A stretch of 58,580 nucleotides of DNA, from positions 9,567 to 68,146 of the forward strand of contig JBHLQM010000007.1 of assembly GCA_048884785.1 (NCBI GenBank). Direction: 5' to 3'. How positions within the stretch are numbered: the stretch's first letter is position 1; each line of letters opens with the position of its first letter. Shown here one piece after another: positions 1-9,766 of this stretch. The notes under the pieces were generated by a model that was not told the origin of the DNA, searched no databases, and was given only the letters and a program-made list of their open reading frames with translations. The stretch is from Candidatus Thorarchaeota archaeon (GTDB taxonomy: Archaea; Asgardarchaeota; Thorarchaeia; Thorarchaeales; Thorarchaeaceae). A program made the translations under genes and the position numbers.

Positions 1-4
1 CGCA

Positions 5-400
5 TTATATTTCAAAAATAGAAACTGAAGTTTCAAGGTTTTTTGCGGCTTGAACACATTCGTTCATAATGCCAAATTTGTCTTGATCCATTGGAACAAA
101 GGCGCATACGTACCAAATGCCTTTGCCGGTGCCCATTACCAAGGAAGTTGCTCCTTGAGGATTGATTGTTACAAGCCCTTGTTTATCGTTCAATGCAACT
201 AGTAGATTCATGTATTTCAAAGTGAACTGCTGAAGCTCACCAGCCCAAGCCCTCAGAATGAGATTCAGTTCTTCTTCAGATAATTGCATATTTTCAGTTG
301 AAAATCCAAGTTTGCGTTCATAAGTGAAGGCACAAGCACCCAAGATGCAATCGTAATTAGATATCATGATATCAATTGCCCTTTTGACACGTACAGACAT
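5..400 (-). CDS. Profilin-like protein (divergent Asgard-type profilin)
   Basis: About 131 aa from ATG 400 (the ORF track starts at 412). Pattern resembles Asgard profilins as recalled: N-helix, 'GACAF...FSTENMQLS' (cf. QTENWNIS), 'FTLKYMNLLVALNDKQGLVTINPQG', C-terminal helix. A roadblock/longin-type fold is not excluded. Confidence 0.65.
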   Translation of the reverse strand: MSVRVKRAIDIMISNYDCILGACAFTYERKLGFSTENMQLSEEELNLILRAWAGELQQFTLKYMNLLVALNDKQGLVTINPQGATSLVMGTGKGIWYVCAFVPMDQDKFGIMNECVQAAKNLETSVSIFEI

Positions 401-457
401 TGACCAAACCAACTATGTCTTAGTTGCAAAGAAGAAATACGTTCTCTGTTTGTCTAT

Positions 458-1054
458 CTATGACGAGGCCATGTTAATTGCCTTGGCCATGAGTATTGAC
501 CTGCTATGCAATTCCTCGTTGTCAACCCAAGTAACGAAACGGTTGTGGTAGACTGACATTCCGTGCCTAAGAGCAATATTCCGGATATTAGGTGAGTCAA
601 TTGGGGAGGACTCAAGTCTGTAAATAAACCAGTTCTGAGGATCATTGCTCCTAATTCTACAAATAATTGAAAGCTCAACTCCATTTTCAAGCAAAAGTCT
701 GAATCGCTTTCCGAAAATTGGTCTGACCTTGACTTTTGAGCCAAAAACGCCTCTAAGAACACCCAAGGTGTATGAAACTGCCGGGGCAGGAAGAAATGCC
801 CAAATCCACAATGCATATGCGAAAACCATTATCGCAAAGGCAAGGAAGAATCCGACAGTATTGAAAGAATAAACAATTTCAATCCCTTGCGCCCATCCTG
901 AATCAAAGTATGAAGGCACATCCTCTGAAATTGTGTATATACCTGGGCTATAGAATATATAGAAAGTGACAGTAAATACAATCATGACGGTGGCTAGCGC
1001 TATCCTCTGCCTGTCTCTGTAGAGACCCTTTGCATGGACCAATAGGCTATCCAT
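458..1054 (-). CDS. Hypothetical membrane protein (2 TM helices plus soluble C-terminal domain)
   Basis: 198 aa ORF with two hydrophobic segments; abuts the upstream wHTH gene (1 nt gap). Confidence 0.75.
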   Translation of the reverse strand: MDSLLVHAKGLYRDRQRIALATVMIVFTVTFYIFYSPGIYTISEDVPSYFDSGWAQGIEIVYSFNTVGFFLAFAIMVFAYALWIWAFLPAPAVSYTLGVLRGVFGSKVKVRPIFGKRFRLLLENGVELSIICRIRSNDPQNWFIYRLESSPIDSPNIRNIALRHGMSVYHNRFVTWVDNEELHSRSILMAKAINMASS

Positions 1055-1055
1055 C

Positions 1056-1409
1056 TTACTCTTCCTCTAGTGATTTTTCATAGATCTTTTTTGTTGCCGC
1101 CCCGTACTTGCGACACATATCAACCAGCAACGCTAGGAGCGGATGCTCATTGTTGATTCTGATCGCATATAGTTTCGGAGTAAGCTGATCTATCATGATC
1201 ATCTCGTTTTCTTGCAGATGCGCGAGCACGCCTCGGTACAGACTTCTTGATTTTCCACTATAGCCAATAAGTCGGCTAAGCTGGACCCCAGACACACTAC
1301 GAGGATATACATGCGCCAGAGCGTTTAGGATTGACCTTCTCGTATCATTGAGGGAGGACAATAGCTGCACTAGCTCGTATATCGAATGCAGTGTATCGTT
1401 ATCATCCAT
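1056..1409 (-). CDS. Winged-helix DNA-binding protein (ArsR/MarR-like)
   Basis: 'RRSILNALAHVYPRSVSGVQLSRLIG...SLYRGVLAHLQENEMI' wHTH pattern; probable start ATG 1409. Confidence 0.7.
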   Translation of the reverse strand: MDDNDTLHSIYELVQLLSSLNDTRRSILNALAHVYPRSVSGVQLSRLIGYSGKSRSLYRGVLAHLQENEMIMIDQLTPKLYAIRINNEHPLLALLVDMCRKYGAATKKIYEKSLEEE

Positions 1410-1597
1410 TACTCTCAACCGTCTATCAATATTTATGTGCGAGCAAGCACACAACCCCGGTGTTGCCTTGTCACACATCCGAGCTATTTTTGTCTTCCTA
1501 GCGAAATCGATTTTTCGGTAGTCGTAAATCCTGCATAAGTTAATAGGTGAATATCAATGAATAATGTTGGAATCCTTTCTAGGAGAGATTAAGGACA

Positions 1598-2173
1598 ATG
1601 GGTTTCGGGTCAAAATACTTTGGATGGCTTGCCACTGTATTAATTATCTTGGCAGCCAGCTGGTTCCTGCTCCCTGCAGGGTATGAAACACTTATTCTCT
1701 GGCTTTCTCCACAATTGGGTAATTATGTTAGACCTGCAATGGTATTGGTCAGTGCCGTATTAGTAAATCCACTGAACAATCTACTAATGGTCGCGATTTG
1801 GGGAATTGCTGGATTCATTGGTGGTGTCATAGCTGGAACAAAGAAGGGTGCATTTGTTGTAGGTTTCTTTGCATGGTTCACAGTAATGCTTCTCCTTGCA
1901 TTTTCTGTTTTTCAGCTAATAACAGCCGGGTTAAACTTGGGTTCACTCCCACCACTGCCGCCCGGAACATCACTCGCTGATGTCTTGGGAATTCCTATTG
2001 TACAATCATTGATAGGAGAGCTTCTCACGCTAATTGGAGGACTTGGTGGCGGCGGAGGAATGCCGAACATTTTCACCATAATCACACCTTTGATTATTTG
2101 GTTTGTAACGCCGATTATTGTTGTTATTGTAACAGCGATAATTGGAGCCGCAGTAAGGCCAAAGGAGCGATGA
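1598..2173 (+). CDS. Hypothetical multi-pass membrane protein
   Basis: 191 aa with 4-5 hydrophobic segments; GGAG upstream; 4 nt gap to the next gene. Confidence 0.8.
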   Translation: MGFGSKYFGWLATVLIILAASWFLLPAGYETLILWLSPQLGNYVRPAMVLVSAVLVNPLNNLLMVAIWGIAGFIGGVIAGTKKGAFVVGFFAWFTVMLLLAFSVFQLITAGLNLGSLPPLPPGTSLADVLGIPIVQSLIGELLTLIGGLGGGGGMPNIFTIITPLIIWFVTPIIVVIVTAIIGAAVRPKER

Positions 2174-2177
2174 AAAA

Positions 2178-3809
2178 ATGAAGAACGTAATACAGCACGC
2201 ATTTGTACTGCTCGTAATGGGTTTCTTGATTGCAGCACCATTATCTGCAGCCGCCAATCCTACATACACATTGGCACAGGATGGAGTCGATATTAATAGT
2301 CTTCTTGAAGGGCTATTCACCAATGGTGCCGAGATTATCTTTGCCAACATTGATGATCAGGGAGTGCCAGGTGTAATCTATGGTCAATTGGGCATTCCAT
2401 CAGAAGCGCTTGCCCTAACTGACGAAATGTATGATGGCTGCATTGCCATGGCCTTGGTTTCCACCCAAGGTGAGTTCTTGAATTTGGTATTCGAACTGAT
2501 TGGTGAAGGCATGCTTGATGGTGGAGGCGATGGCGGAGGGTTCGCGCTCGCGCAAGATGGCGGTTCACCCTTTGATCAGATCATTGGTATGCTTGGAACT
2601 GAATTCAACCTTCTCATCAATGTGTTTGTCAATGTTGACGAAGCGACATCACTTGGCAGGATGAATAATATCCTTTCACACATGACATCCGAATTCGGAT
2701 TCAGTTTTGTCAACATATTAAATCTTAGAATAGATGAGAGCCTTTTCCCACCGGAAGCCGAAATTGAGCTCCCATTTGATTCAATTGATGTATACATTAA
2801 CCAAGAGACACACGAATTTGATATCGCAGTAGATACAATGCTGGATGTGATGAGTCCTGATGGATTCCTTCCTGCAATTGACCGAACTAAATTCACTCAA
2901 GCATTTGCATCTGCTAGTGCATTAATAGCTATCCCAGATATGGCTGAAGTGGTAGAGCTAATCAATAGCTTTGGTGGCGGTGGAGAACCCGTTCCTCCGC
3001 TGTTTCATTTGGCGCAGGTTCCATTTGAAGGATTTGAAGGGCCCATTGCCCTAGCAGCTGCAGGTTATCTGGGTGAGCAATACCTCTCGGCCTCCGATAC
3101 ATCCTTGCATGTTGAGGATCTTCTCGGAGTCACTGGGACACTGGAACCACTTCCGACTGGAAACTCACTGGTCGTAGCGAAACTACCTTACACTTTGAAT
3201 ATAACATCCTTCAGTCCTAATGTTGAGGGACAATCATTCTATGAGAATGAATCGAATATGGTGATCTGGAATTCCACCGCACTCGGTGTTCAGAGTGATT
3301 ACATCATAAACTTTGATGAAGGTGAGTTTCCGCCGCAAATCTCCATTGATAGGGAATTCTCGCCAGATAGTACTACTCCGGGTGGTTCAACTACAGTCAC
3401 CGTAACTGTGACAAATGAAGGCACTGATCCAATCGCTAATCTTTCAGTAGTAGATGACCAGCTTGCTGCAGTATACAGCACTGTAGCTGTAACAGGAACA
3501 ACGTCGCAAAACTTTGCCTCCCTCGCCGCTGGCGCGACTGCAACAATCACCTATACAGTCACATTTGCAAACGAAGGTGGCTACGGCTTTGCACCTGTTG
3601 AAATATCCTACGAGTTTGACGGAGACACCTACAGCAAGAGATCAACCAGACAAGGCTACACAGTGGAGCCTGACATAGGCGGTCTTTTATGGGGCGGTAT
3701 AATGGATGGAATGCCGTATACCGGAGTTGCCCTCGGTGTGGTCGCATTGGTTGGGATCTATGCGATATGGGGTCTCACAAAAAGTCGTGCAGGTCGATAT
3801 CAAGTCTAG
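2178..3809 (+). CDS. Acidic cell-surface protein with signal peptide, DUF11/CARDB-like Ig domain and C-terminal TM anchor
   Basis: N-terminal signal peptide; 'TVTVTVTNEGTDPIANLSVVD...LAAGATATITYTV' Ig-like motif; C-terminal hydrophobic helix plus basic tail; several N-x-S/T sequons. Confidence 0.75.
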   Translation: MKNVIQHAFVLLVMGFLIAAPLSAAANPTYTLAQDGVDINSLLEGLFTNGAEIIFANIDDQGVPGVIYGQLGIPSEALALTDEMYDGCIAMALVSTQGEFLNLVFELIGEGMLDGGGDGGGFALAQDGGSPFDQIIGMLGTEFNLLINVFVNVDEATSLGRMNNILSHMTSEFGFSFVNILNLRIDESLFPPEAEIELPFDSIDVYINQETHEFDIAVDTMLDVMSPDGFLPAIDRTKFTQAFASASALIAIPDMAEVVELINSFGGGGEPVPPLFHLAQVPFEGFEGPIALAAAGYLGEQYLSASDTSLHVEDLLGVTGTLEPLPTGNSLVVAKLPYTLNITSFSPNVEGQSFYENESNMVIWNSTALGVQSDYIINFDEGEFPPQISIDREFSPDSTTPGGSTTVTVTVTNEGTDPIANLSVVDDQLAAVYSTVAVTGTTSQNFASLAAGATATITYTVTFANEGGYGFAPVEISYEFDGDTYSKRSTRQGYTVEPDIGGLLWGGIMDGMPYTGVALGVVALVGIYAIWGLTKSRAGRYQV

Positions 3810-3817
3810 TACGTTAG

Positions 3818-3860
3818 ACGACTTCCGGCAGCAAGCCGGAAGTCGTTCTTTCTCCTTTCT
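3818..3860 (+). terminator. Stem-loop terminator candidate
   Basis: Perfect 12-bp stem ACGACTTCCGGC / GCCGGAAGTCGT with 5-nt loop, followed by a pyrimidine tract, 8 nt after the stop. Confidence 0.7.
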
Positions 3861-3914
3861 AATCATTTATCGCCTAGTTTATCTGTAAAAACTAATTTCC
3901 TCAACTGAACTCAT

Positions 3915-4841
3915 ATGCCGCTACGTGATGAACTGGATGGCTACCTCAGATTGCCTCGGAATTTTTTCGGAATTCCGGCTCCTCGAGATGGTTTACCTGA
4001 TGTTGCTATCCTGGGGATTCCATATGATATTACATCAAGCCATACCCCCGGATGCAGATTTGGTCCAGATGCCATTCGTGTTGCGACAGATTCCGAGAGG
4101 TCTCATAGCTATCCGCTATCAATCGGTGGATCAAGTCATCTTCGTCAAGACTCATTGAAAGAGTCACTGACCATTGAGGATATCGGAGACCTAGAAGTGG
4201 GAGTTCAATCCCCTGAATCGGTTTCAGTTCACATTTCGGATGCAGCTTCCATTCTAGCTGCAAAGAATTGCAGTCTTCTTTTCTTGGGAGGAGATCATTT
4301 CATAACATATCCAATTATCAAGGGTCTCAAGCGTGGGACCAAGGAATCCATAGGTCTACTGTATTTTGATGCACATGCTGATTTCTATGATGACTTAGGC
4401 GGACTGACTCTTTCACATGCATCAACGCTCAAGAGACTAGTTGAGAGTAAATCGATTGCTCTTGAGCATGTACTGGCATATGATCTTAGGAGTGTAACAC
4501 CTGATCAGAAGGAGTCTCTTGGCTCAGGCATTTGCGCAGCTGATAGGAGTTCATTTGAGTCTTCTCTGAACCGAATTGCAGACGCTGTGGATAGATTATA
4601 CATTTCCGTGGATCTTGATGTTCTATCTCCTCACATTGTGCCGGCTGTTGCGCATCCTGAATCGGGAGGTTTGAGCATGGAGACCCTTGTCGAATTGATT
4701 CAAATTGTATTCCAGACAGGAAAGGTCAGATATGCAGATATTGTTGAATTCAATCCGCTGCTTGACAACTCTCGAATTACATCCATTGCTGCACGCGATA
4801 TTATCAAGGAACTGCTGACTGGATTTGCGTACAATAAGTAA
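3915..4841 (+). CDS. speB: Agmatinase / arginase-family ureohydrolase
   Basis: GIPYD, GCRFGP, GGDH, DAHAD, SH, DLDVL and EFNP motifs. Confidence 0.8.
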   Translation: MPLRDELDGYLRLPRNFFGIPAPRDGLPDVAILGIPYDITSSHTPGCRFGPDAIRVATDSERSHSYPLSIGGSSHLRQDSLKESLTIEDIGDLEVGVQSPESVSVHISDAASILAAKNCSLLFLGGDHFITYPIIKGLKRGTKESIGLLYFDAHADFYDDLGGLTLSHASTLKRLVESKSIALEHVLAYDLRSVTPDQKESLGSGICAADRSSFESSLNRIADAVDRLYISVDLDVLSPHIVPAVAHPESGGLSMETLVELIQIVFQTGKVRYADIVEFNPLLDNSRITSIAARDIIKELLTGFAYNK

Positions 4842-4975
4842 GTAATATAAGCAGTAAACTTGGTCATGGATGAAAGTAAGGCCTTAATTGCTATGCCTGC
4901 CCTCTCAGTCTGGTTATGGACTGAAAATACGAAGGCTTTCTTAAACAGACATGCAATTTCACAGGGATGATTTAG

Positions 4976-6346
4976 ATGGTTGATTACGATGTTATTGTTG
5001 CTGGAGCCGGGACTGGTGGTGCAACCACAGCATACACACTGGCGAAAAAAGGGCGATCTGTGCTTCTTATAGACAGAAAGGAAAAGGAGAAGATTGGAGA
5101 TAAGACCTGCGGAGATGCATTGGGAAATCATCACATTCTGGAATTACGACATCTTGTTGGACTACCCGAAGTTCCAAAGGATATCATAGAACATGAAGTA
5201 AATGGTATTGATCTGATTTCACCTGATAGAGAGCATAGGCTGAGAATGCAGGGGCCAACAACAACAGGAATGTCGTTTAACAGATTAAAAATGGGGCAGT
5301 GGTTTCTCAGGCTTGCAGAGAAGGAGGGTGTCGAAGTCATGGCATCCACTCGAGTCAAGAATCCACTATTTGAGGGTGGCAAGGTTTCAGGCGTCAAAAT
5401 CATGGATCCGAAGGGAAATGATAGAGACATCACATCACGCATAGTAGTAGATGCAACTGGTGCCACTGGTATGCTGAGGAGACAGCTGAAGGAGAACACT
5501 CCAATAGAACGTGTCATCAATAAAGAAGACCAAATGGTGGCATGGAGAGATATCTACGAGACTCCTGAATTTGACTTCGAAACCCCAGATATACTTGAGA
5601 TATTCTGGAACCAAGAGGAAACCCTCGGGGGCTATACTTGGATCTTCCCGCAAGGCAAGAATCGGGTCAATGTAGGTGCCGGTGTTATGACAATTCAGGG
5701 GCACCGGAAACCACAAGATATCATGAAGAACTTCGTTGAACCCAACTGGAATTTCTACAAAACAAAACTGAATATTATGGATAGTAGTGGTGGTGTTGCT
5801 CCAATACGTCGGCCTATTGATACAATGGTTGATGATAACTTCATGCTTGTTGGAGATGCAGCATGTCAGGTCAACCCGATACATGGAGGCGGAATCGGTT
5901 CATCCCTTCTAGGTGGAGCTCTCGCAGGACTAACTGCTGCTGAAGCCTTAGAAAAGAATGATACCTCAATCGGTGCGCTTTGGGGATACAATCCCAAGTA
6001 TATGGAGATGTATGGTGGAAAGCAGGCGTCTCTCGATGTGTTTAGATGGTTTCTCCTGAATATAACAAATGATGACATAGATTACGCTTTCAGAAAGCAA
6101 ATCATCAAGGCAAGTGATCTCCTGGATACAAGCATGACTGGAAAAATGACTATTGGGTCAGGAGAGAAATTCAAGCGTCTTCTATCAGGTTTTGGAAATA
6201 TTCCTCTTCTGAGGAGAGTTCAGAAAATTGCCCATCTAATGGAAGATATACGCGAACTCTATAATCAATATCCTGATTCTATCAAGGGATTGCCAGACTG
6301 GCAAAAGAGGCTTTGGCCAATCTATGATGCGGCCAAGAAGTTGTAG
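4976..6346 (+). CDS. Digeranylgeranylglycerophospholipid reductase (geranylgeranyl reductase family)
   Basis: GAGTGG FAD motif, KTCGD, YTWIFP, VGDAA...NPIHGGGI. Confidence 0.88.
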   Translation: MVDYDVIVAGAGTGGATTAYTLAKKGRSVLLIDRKEKEKIGDKTCGDALGNHHILELRHLVGLPEVPKDIIEHEVNGIDLISPDREHRLRMQGPTTTGMSFNRLKMGQWFLRLAEKEGVEVMASTRVKNPLFEGGKVSGVKIMDPKGNDRDITSRIVVDATGATGMLRRQLKENTPIERVINKEDQMVAWRDIYETPEFDFETPDILEIFWNQEETLGGYTWIFPQGKNRVNVGAGVMTIQGHRKPQDIMKNFVEPNWNFYKTKLNIMDSSGGVAPIRRPIDTMVDDNFMLVGDAACQVNPIHGGGIGSSLLGGALAGLTAAEALEKNDTSIGALWGYNPKYMEMYGGKQASLDVFRWFLLNITNDDIDYAFRKQIIKASDLLDTSMTGKMTIGSGEKFKRLLSGFGNIPLLRRVQKIAHLMEDIRELYNQYPDSIKGLPDWQKRLWPIYDAAKKL

Positions 6347-6404
6347 TGGATGTCTCAGGTCAAATGTGCACTATGAGCATTTCTGAGGTCCGGGGGGTCG
6401 TAAA

Positions 6405-7358
6405 TTGAAAACTGTAGGTAAAGCTGTGGGAGTTTCCATTGCAATCCCGAGCGATGCCTATTATTCATTTTTCAATAGCCCCTATGTTGGACATCAGCAA
6501 AGTAGCTCTTTAGACATTTATCCCGCACACGGTGAGTGGGGAGGCTCAGGATTTTCTCCTGTTTCAGGGAGAGTTACAATTGTTCGTCGATTCAAGATGG
6601 GGAGGAAGAAGGATTTTGTCACATCAGATTATGACTATGCCATAGGAATCCAGCCATCGAATGATGAAGAGCATCTAGTTCGCTTACTGCACTGTCATCC
6701 TGTTGTCAAAAGAGGTGATTCCATTGAGGCCGGGGAAGAAGTCGGCTCACTGATACGATCTAGGTATTTTAATTTCTGGACCGCCCCCCATTATCATATA
6801 GACGTGATGACATCAAGAGATTTTAATCGATCTTCACAATCTCATACAATCACATCAGCCATCAATCTAAGTCCTGGGATTAAGATTCACGGACAATATC
6901 CCCTTAACGAGGTTGATTGGACAATAAGATCAGTCACTGCAGATTGTGCAATTGCATCATCTTCAAGATTGAAGTTTGGTGAATTGGATGGCATCTATGG
7001 ACACATTGGGGAGATTGGATCAGGAGTAGCTGGGCTTCTTGATGGAGGGATAAATCACTATCCACTTTGCGGCTTTTTTGGAGCAAATGGAAACATCGGG
7101 ATGGTGCACATTGGTAACGAAATAATAGGTTCACTGGATGGGAATCCAAGGGGTGCCCCATTTTTCCATCAAAATAGACTTCATTCAATTTTTCTGGATG
7201 AATTAAAAATCAGAGGAATATCGACCTACATTGCTTCCAAACACCAGCTAGTATCTGGTCTTCTTCCTCTGAAACTAATCCCACTTGAATACAAGGGATT
7301 TGAGAATTTGTTGAAAGAAGGCGATACATGTAGGCTTATTCTTCTTCCCCATGGCTAA
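6405..7358 (+). CDS. Hypothetical protein with M23/duplicated-hybrid-motif-like domain
   Basis: 'H...LDIYP', 'SPVSGRV', 'LLHC.P.VKRGD.I.AGE.VG', 'PHYHID'. Confidence 0.55.
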   Translation: MKTVGKAVGVSIAIPSDAYYSFFNSPYVGHQQSSSLDIYPAHGEWGGSGFSPVSGRVTIVRRFKMGRKKDFVTSDYDYAIGIQPSNDEEHLVRLLHCHPVVKRGDSIEAGEEVGSLIRSRYFNFWTAPHYHIDVMTSRDFNRSSQSHTITSAINLSPGIKIHGQYPLNEVDWTIRSVTADCAIASSSRLKFGELDGIYGHIGEIGSGVAGLLDGGINHYPLCGFFGANGNIGMVHIGNEIIGSLDGNPRGAPFFHQNRLHSIFLDELKIRGISTYIASKHQLVSGLLPLKLIPLEYKGFENLLKEGDTCRLILLPHG

Positions 7359-7635
7359 CGATTTGATCCTCTTCAAGGGTCATACTCCATGGCCCCAGAC
7401 CGGATACCCACCAAAAGAGAACAACCCCAATATCGATGACAATCACCCAGAGGGCTGCGGTCCAGAAGAACTGGAATATCAACTCATATTCTGTTGCCGG
7501 AGGTCGTCCCCATGCTAGAAGTGAGAAGAACATGCCAATTTCAACAAAGATGCCAATTAGTATTGCAATCTGAGTAAATAACAGCATTTTCTGCTCTGTG
7601 ACGAATGTCTTGAATCTTGTTGCAGCCTTCATCAC
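7336..7635 (-). CDS. Small membrane protein (2 TM)
   Basis: 99 aa with two hydrophobic helices; fills the gap between genes. Confidence 0.65.
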   Translation of the reverse strand: MMKAATRFKTFVTEQKMLLFTQIAILIGIFVEIGMFFSLLAWGRPPATEYELIFQFFWTAALWVIVIDIGVVLFWWVSGLGPWSMTLEEDQIVSHGEEE

Positions 7636-7726
7636 AAATACCCGTAGAATGTCTAATCAAACCTCAATATAGTTCTTTGGTGACATCACCCATAACAACA
7701 ATGTTAAGGCTTTTCGAATACCAGAT

Positions 7727-8719
7727 GTGATGGTTCAATTGGTAGAATACGTAAGGATTTCACTCGGAACTGCACTTCTTCTAGGTTTACTAGATGGCAC
7801 TCCCCCTGGCAATTTTGCAACTGTTTTTCTCATGACCTACAACGAAGAAGGTTGTCGAGCCAATTGTGCATTTTGCCCTCAGGCATTGGAGAGCAGCTCA
7901 AGTCCTGAGATGCTATCAAGAATTGGATGGCCACAATATAGACTAAAAGATGTTGTAGATTCCATACCGGAAACCAAAGGAATTCAGCGAATCTGTATAC
8001 AATCTCTCAATTATCCAAATGCCATTCAAGATGTTAAAGATATCAGCAAGAGAGTTCGTTCCGTATCAGATGCGCCTATGTCAACCTGTATTCATCCTAT
8101 TTCTAAAAAGGAAATGAGTGGCCTAAAACGGGATGGAATAAACAATATTGGAATCGCAATTGATGCATGTACACCTGGTCTCTTTGATTCAGTCAAAGGG
8201 GTATTTAGAAATGGACCATATTCATGGGAAAGTCATTTCGCGGCAATCCGAAACGCTCAGCAGGTTTTTGGGAAATCCAATGTCACCACACATTTGATAA
8301 TTGGTTTGGGAGAGTCAGAGGAGGATGCAGCGAGATTTCTCTTTAGAATGAATGAAATGGGAGTCAAGGTAGGTCTCTTTGCATTCACAAGTATCAAAGG
8401 GACAGCATTTGAACAACGGCATCAGCCAGATCTAAAGAAATATAGACGTATACAGGCGCTTCGACATCTGATAAGTCAAGGAAGAATCACTGAGGAAGAC
8501 ATATCATTCGACCATATTGGAGTCATGAAATTCAAGTCGGATCCGAATTCTCTTAGAGAAAGCTTATCATCGGGCGGAGCATTTCGTGTGACTGGATGCC
8601 CTGGATGCAATCGTCCCTATTACAACGAACGCCCTAAAGGACCGATGTTCAACTATCCCAGACCCCTCACTGACGATGAACTTGCTGAGGCACTAAAAGA
8701 TACAGGCTTGGTGAATTGA
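7727..8719 (+). CDS. lipS2: Radical SAM protein, LipS2-like subunit of the archaeal two-protein lipoyl synthase
   Basis: CRANCAFC radical-SAM motif plus C-terminal VTGCPGCNRP (cf. LipS2 TxGCPxC(N/D)RP); overlaps a lipoate ligase gene. Confidence 0.75.
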   Translation: MMVQLVEYVRISLGTALLLGLLDGTPPGNFATVFLMTYNEEGCRANCAFCPQALESSSSPEMLSRIGWPQYRLKDVVDSIPETKGIQRICIQSLNYPNAIQDVKDISKRVRSVSDAPMSTCIHPISKKEMSGLKRDGINNIGIAIDACTPGLFDSVKGVFRNGPYSWESHFAAIRNAQQVFGKSNVTTHLIIGLGESEEDAARFLFRMNEMGVKVGLFAFTSIKGTAFEQRHQPDLKKYRRIQALRHLISQGRITEEDISFDHIGVMKFKSDPNSLRESLSSGGAFRVTGCPGCNRPYYNERPKGPMFNYPRPLTDDELAEALKDTGLVN

Positions 8720-9489
8720 AAATCGAAGAATTCAGGTTTCTTGACCTAGAAGTGAATAACGCCTTTCGAAATATGGCAATTGATGAAGCCATAATGCTCT
8801 CGGTTAAAGATGGTAAATCACTACCGACTCTAAGGTTTTACCGATGGAAACCTTCTGCTGTATCAGTGGGTACCTTTCAAAGTATGCTGGATGAAGTTGA
8901 TGTTGAGTTCTGTAAAAGAAACAACATTGATTGCATAAGACGTATCACCGGCGGCGGGGCAGTATACCATGATTTTAATGGGGAAATCACATACAGCATC
9001 ATTCTTCCGAAAGGTCACAGACTAGCACCTGATGATATCATAAAATCATACAAAATAATATGTCAAGGGATAATACGAGCACTAAGCAATCTTGGTATCC
9101 CCTCTGAGTTCAAGCCAATAAACGATGTTATCAGTGGCGGAAAAAAGGTATCAGGAAATGCACAAACAAGAAGGCACTCTTGCGTACTGCAACATGGGAC
9201 TACACTACTCAATCTTGATGTTGAGTTAATGTTCAGCATTCTAAAGGTCCCACAAGAGAAGATCTCAGACAAAATGATAGCAGATGTCAAGGACCGAGTA
9301 ACATCAGTATCTGATGTTCTTGAGAGAAGAGTGGCTATTGGAGAACTACGGAATGCTCTTCAATATGGCTTCTCAGAAGCACTGGCAATCAAACTAACCA
9401 AAGGCGAATTATCGACGGACGAGGAAAGAATGGCCAAAGAGCTTGAGAGTTCCAAGTATAGGAGTACTGACTGGAATTTCTCGAGGTGA
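8716..9489 (+). CDS. lplA: Lipoate-protein ligase A, catalytic subunit
   Basis: NMAIDEA, LRFYRW, RRITGGGAVYHD, KVSGNAQ, QHGT. Confidence 0.9.
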   Translation: MKIEEFRFLDLEVNNAFRNMAIDEAIMLSVKDGKSLPTLRFYRWKPSAVSVGTFQSMLDEVDVEFCKRNNIDCIRRITGGGAVYHDFNGEITYSIILPKGHRLAPDDIIKSYKIICQGIIRALSNLGIPSEFKPINDVISGGKKVSGNAQTRRHSCVLQHGTTLLNLDVELMFSILKVPQEKISDKMIADVKDRVTSVSDVLERRVAIGELRNALQYGFSEALAIKLTKGELSTDEERMAKELESSKYRSTDWNFSR

Positions 9490-9493
9490 TGGA

Positions 9494-9766
9494 ATGAGAA
9501 GTTCGGCATACAAGGTCCCAGAAGGCAAGCTAATAAAAGTGAAACTTTGGGTGACCAATGAATCGATTTCAAAAATCATTATTGCTGGAGACTTCTTCCT
9601 TCATCCAGAAGAAACTATAACACTGATTGAAGAGAATCTGATTGGTACTCATCTCAATGCAAAGAGCCTAGAAACTTCAATTAGATCTTGTTTGGCAGAC
9701 GCTGGTGGAATATTGATTGGTGCCACTCCAAAGGATATTGCAGATGCAATAATGATTGCGAAATGA
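9494..9766 (+). CDS. Lipoate-protein ligase C-terminal accessory subunit (LplB-like)
   Basis: 'KVPEGKLIKV...IAGDFFLHPEE'; ATG 9494 preceded by GAGGTGA. Confidence 0.85.
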   Translation: MRSSAYKVPEGKLIKVKLWVTNESISKIIIAGDFFLHPEETITLIEENLIGTHLNAKSLETSIRSCLADAGGILIGATPKDIADAIMIAK

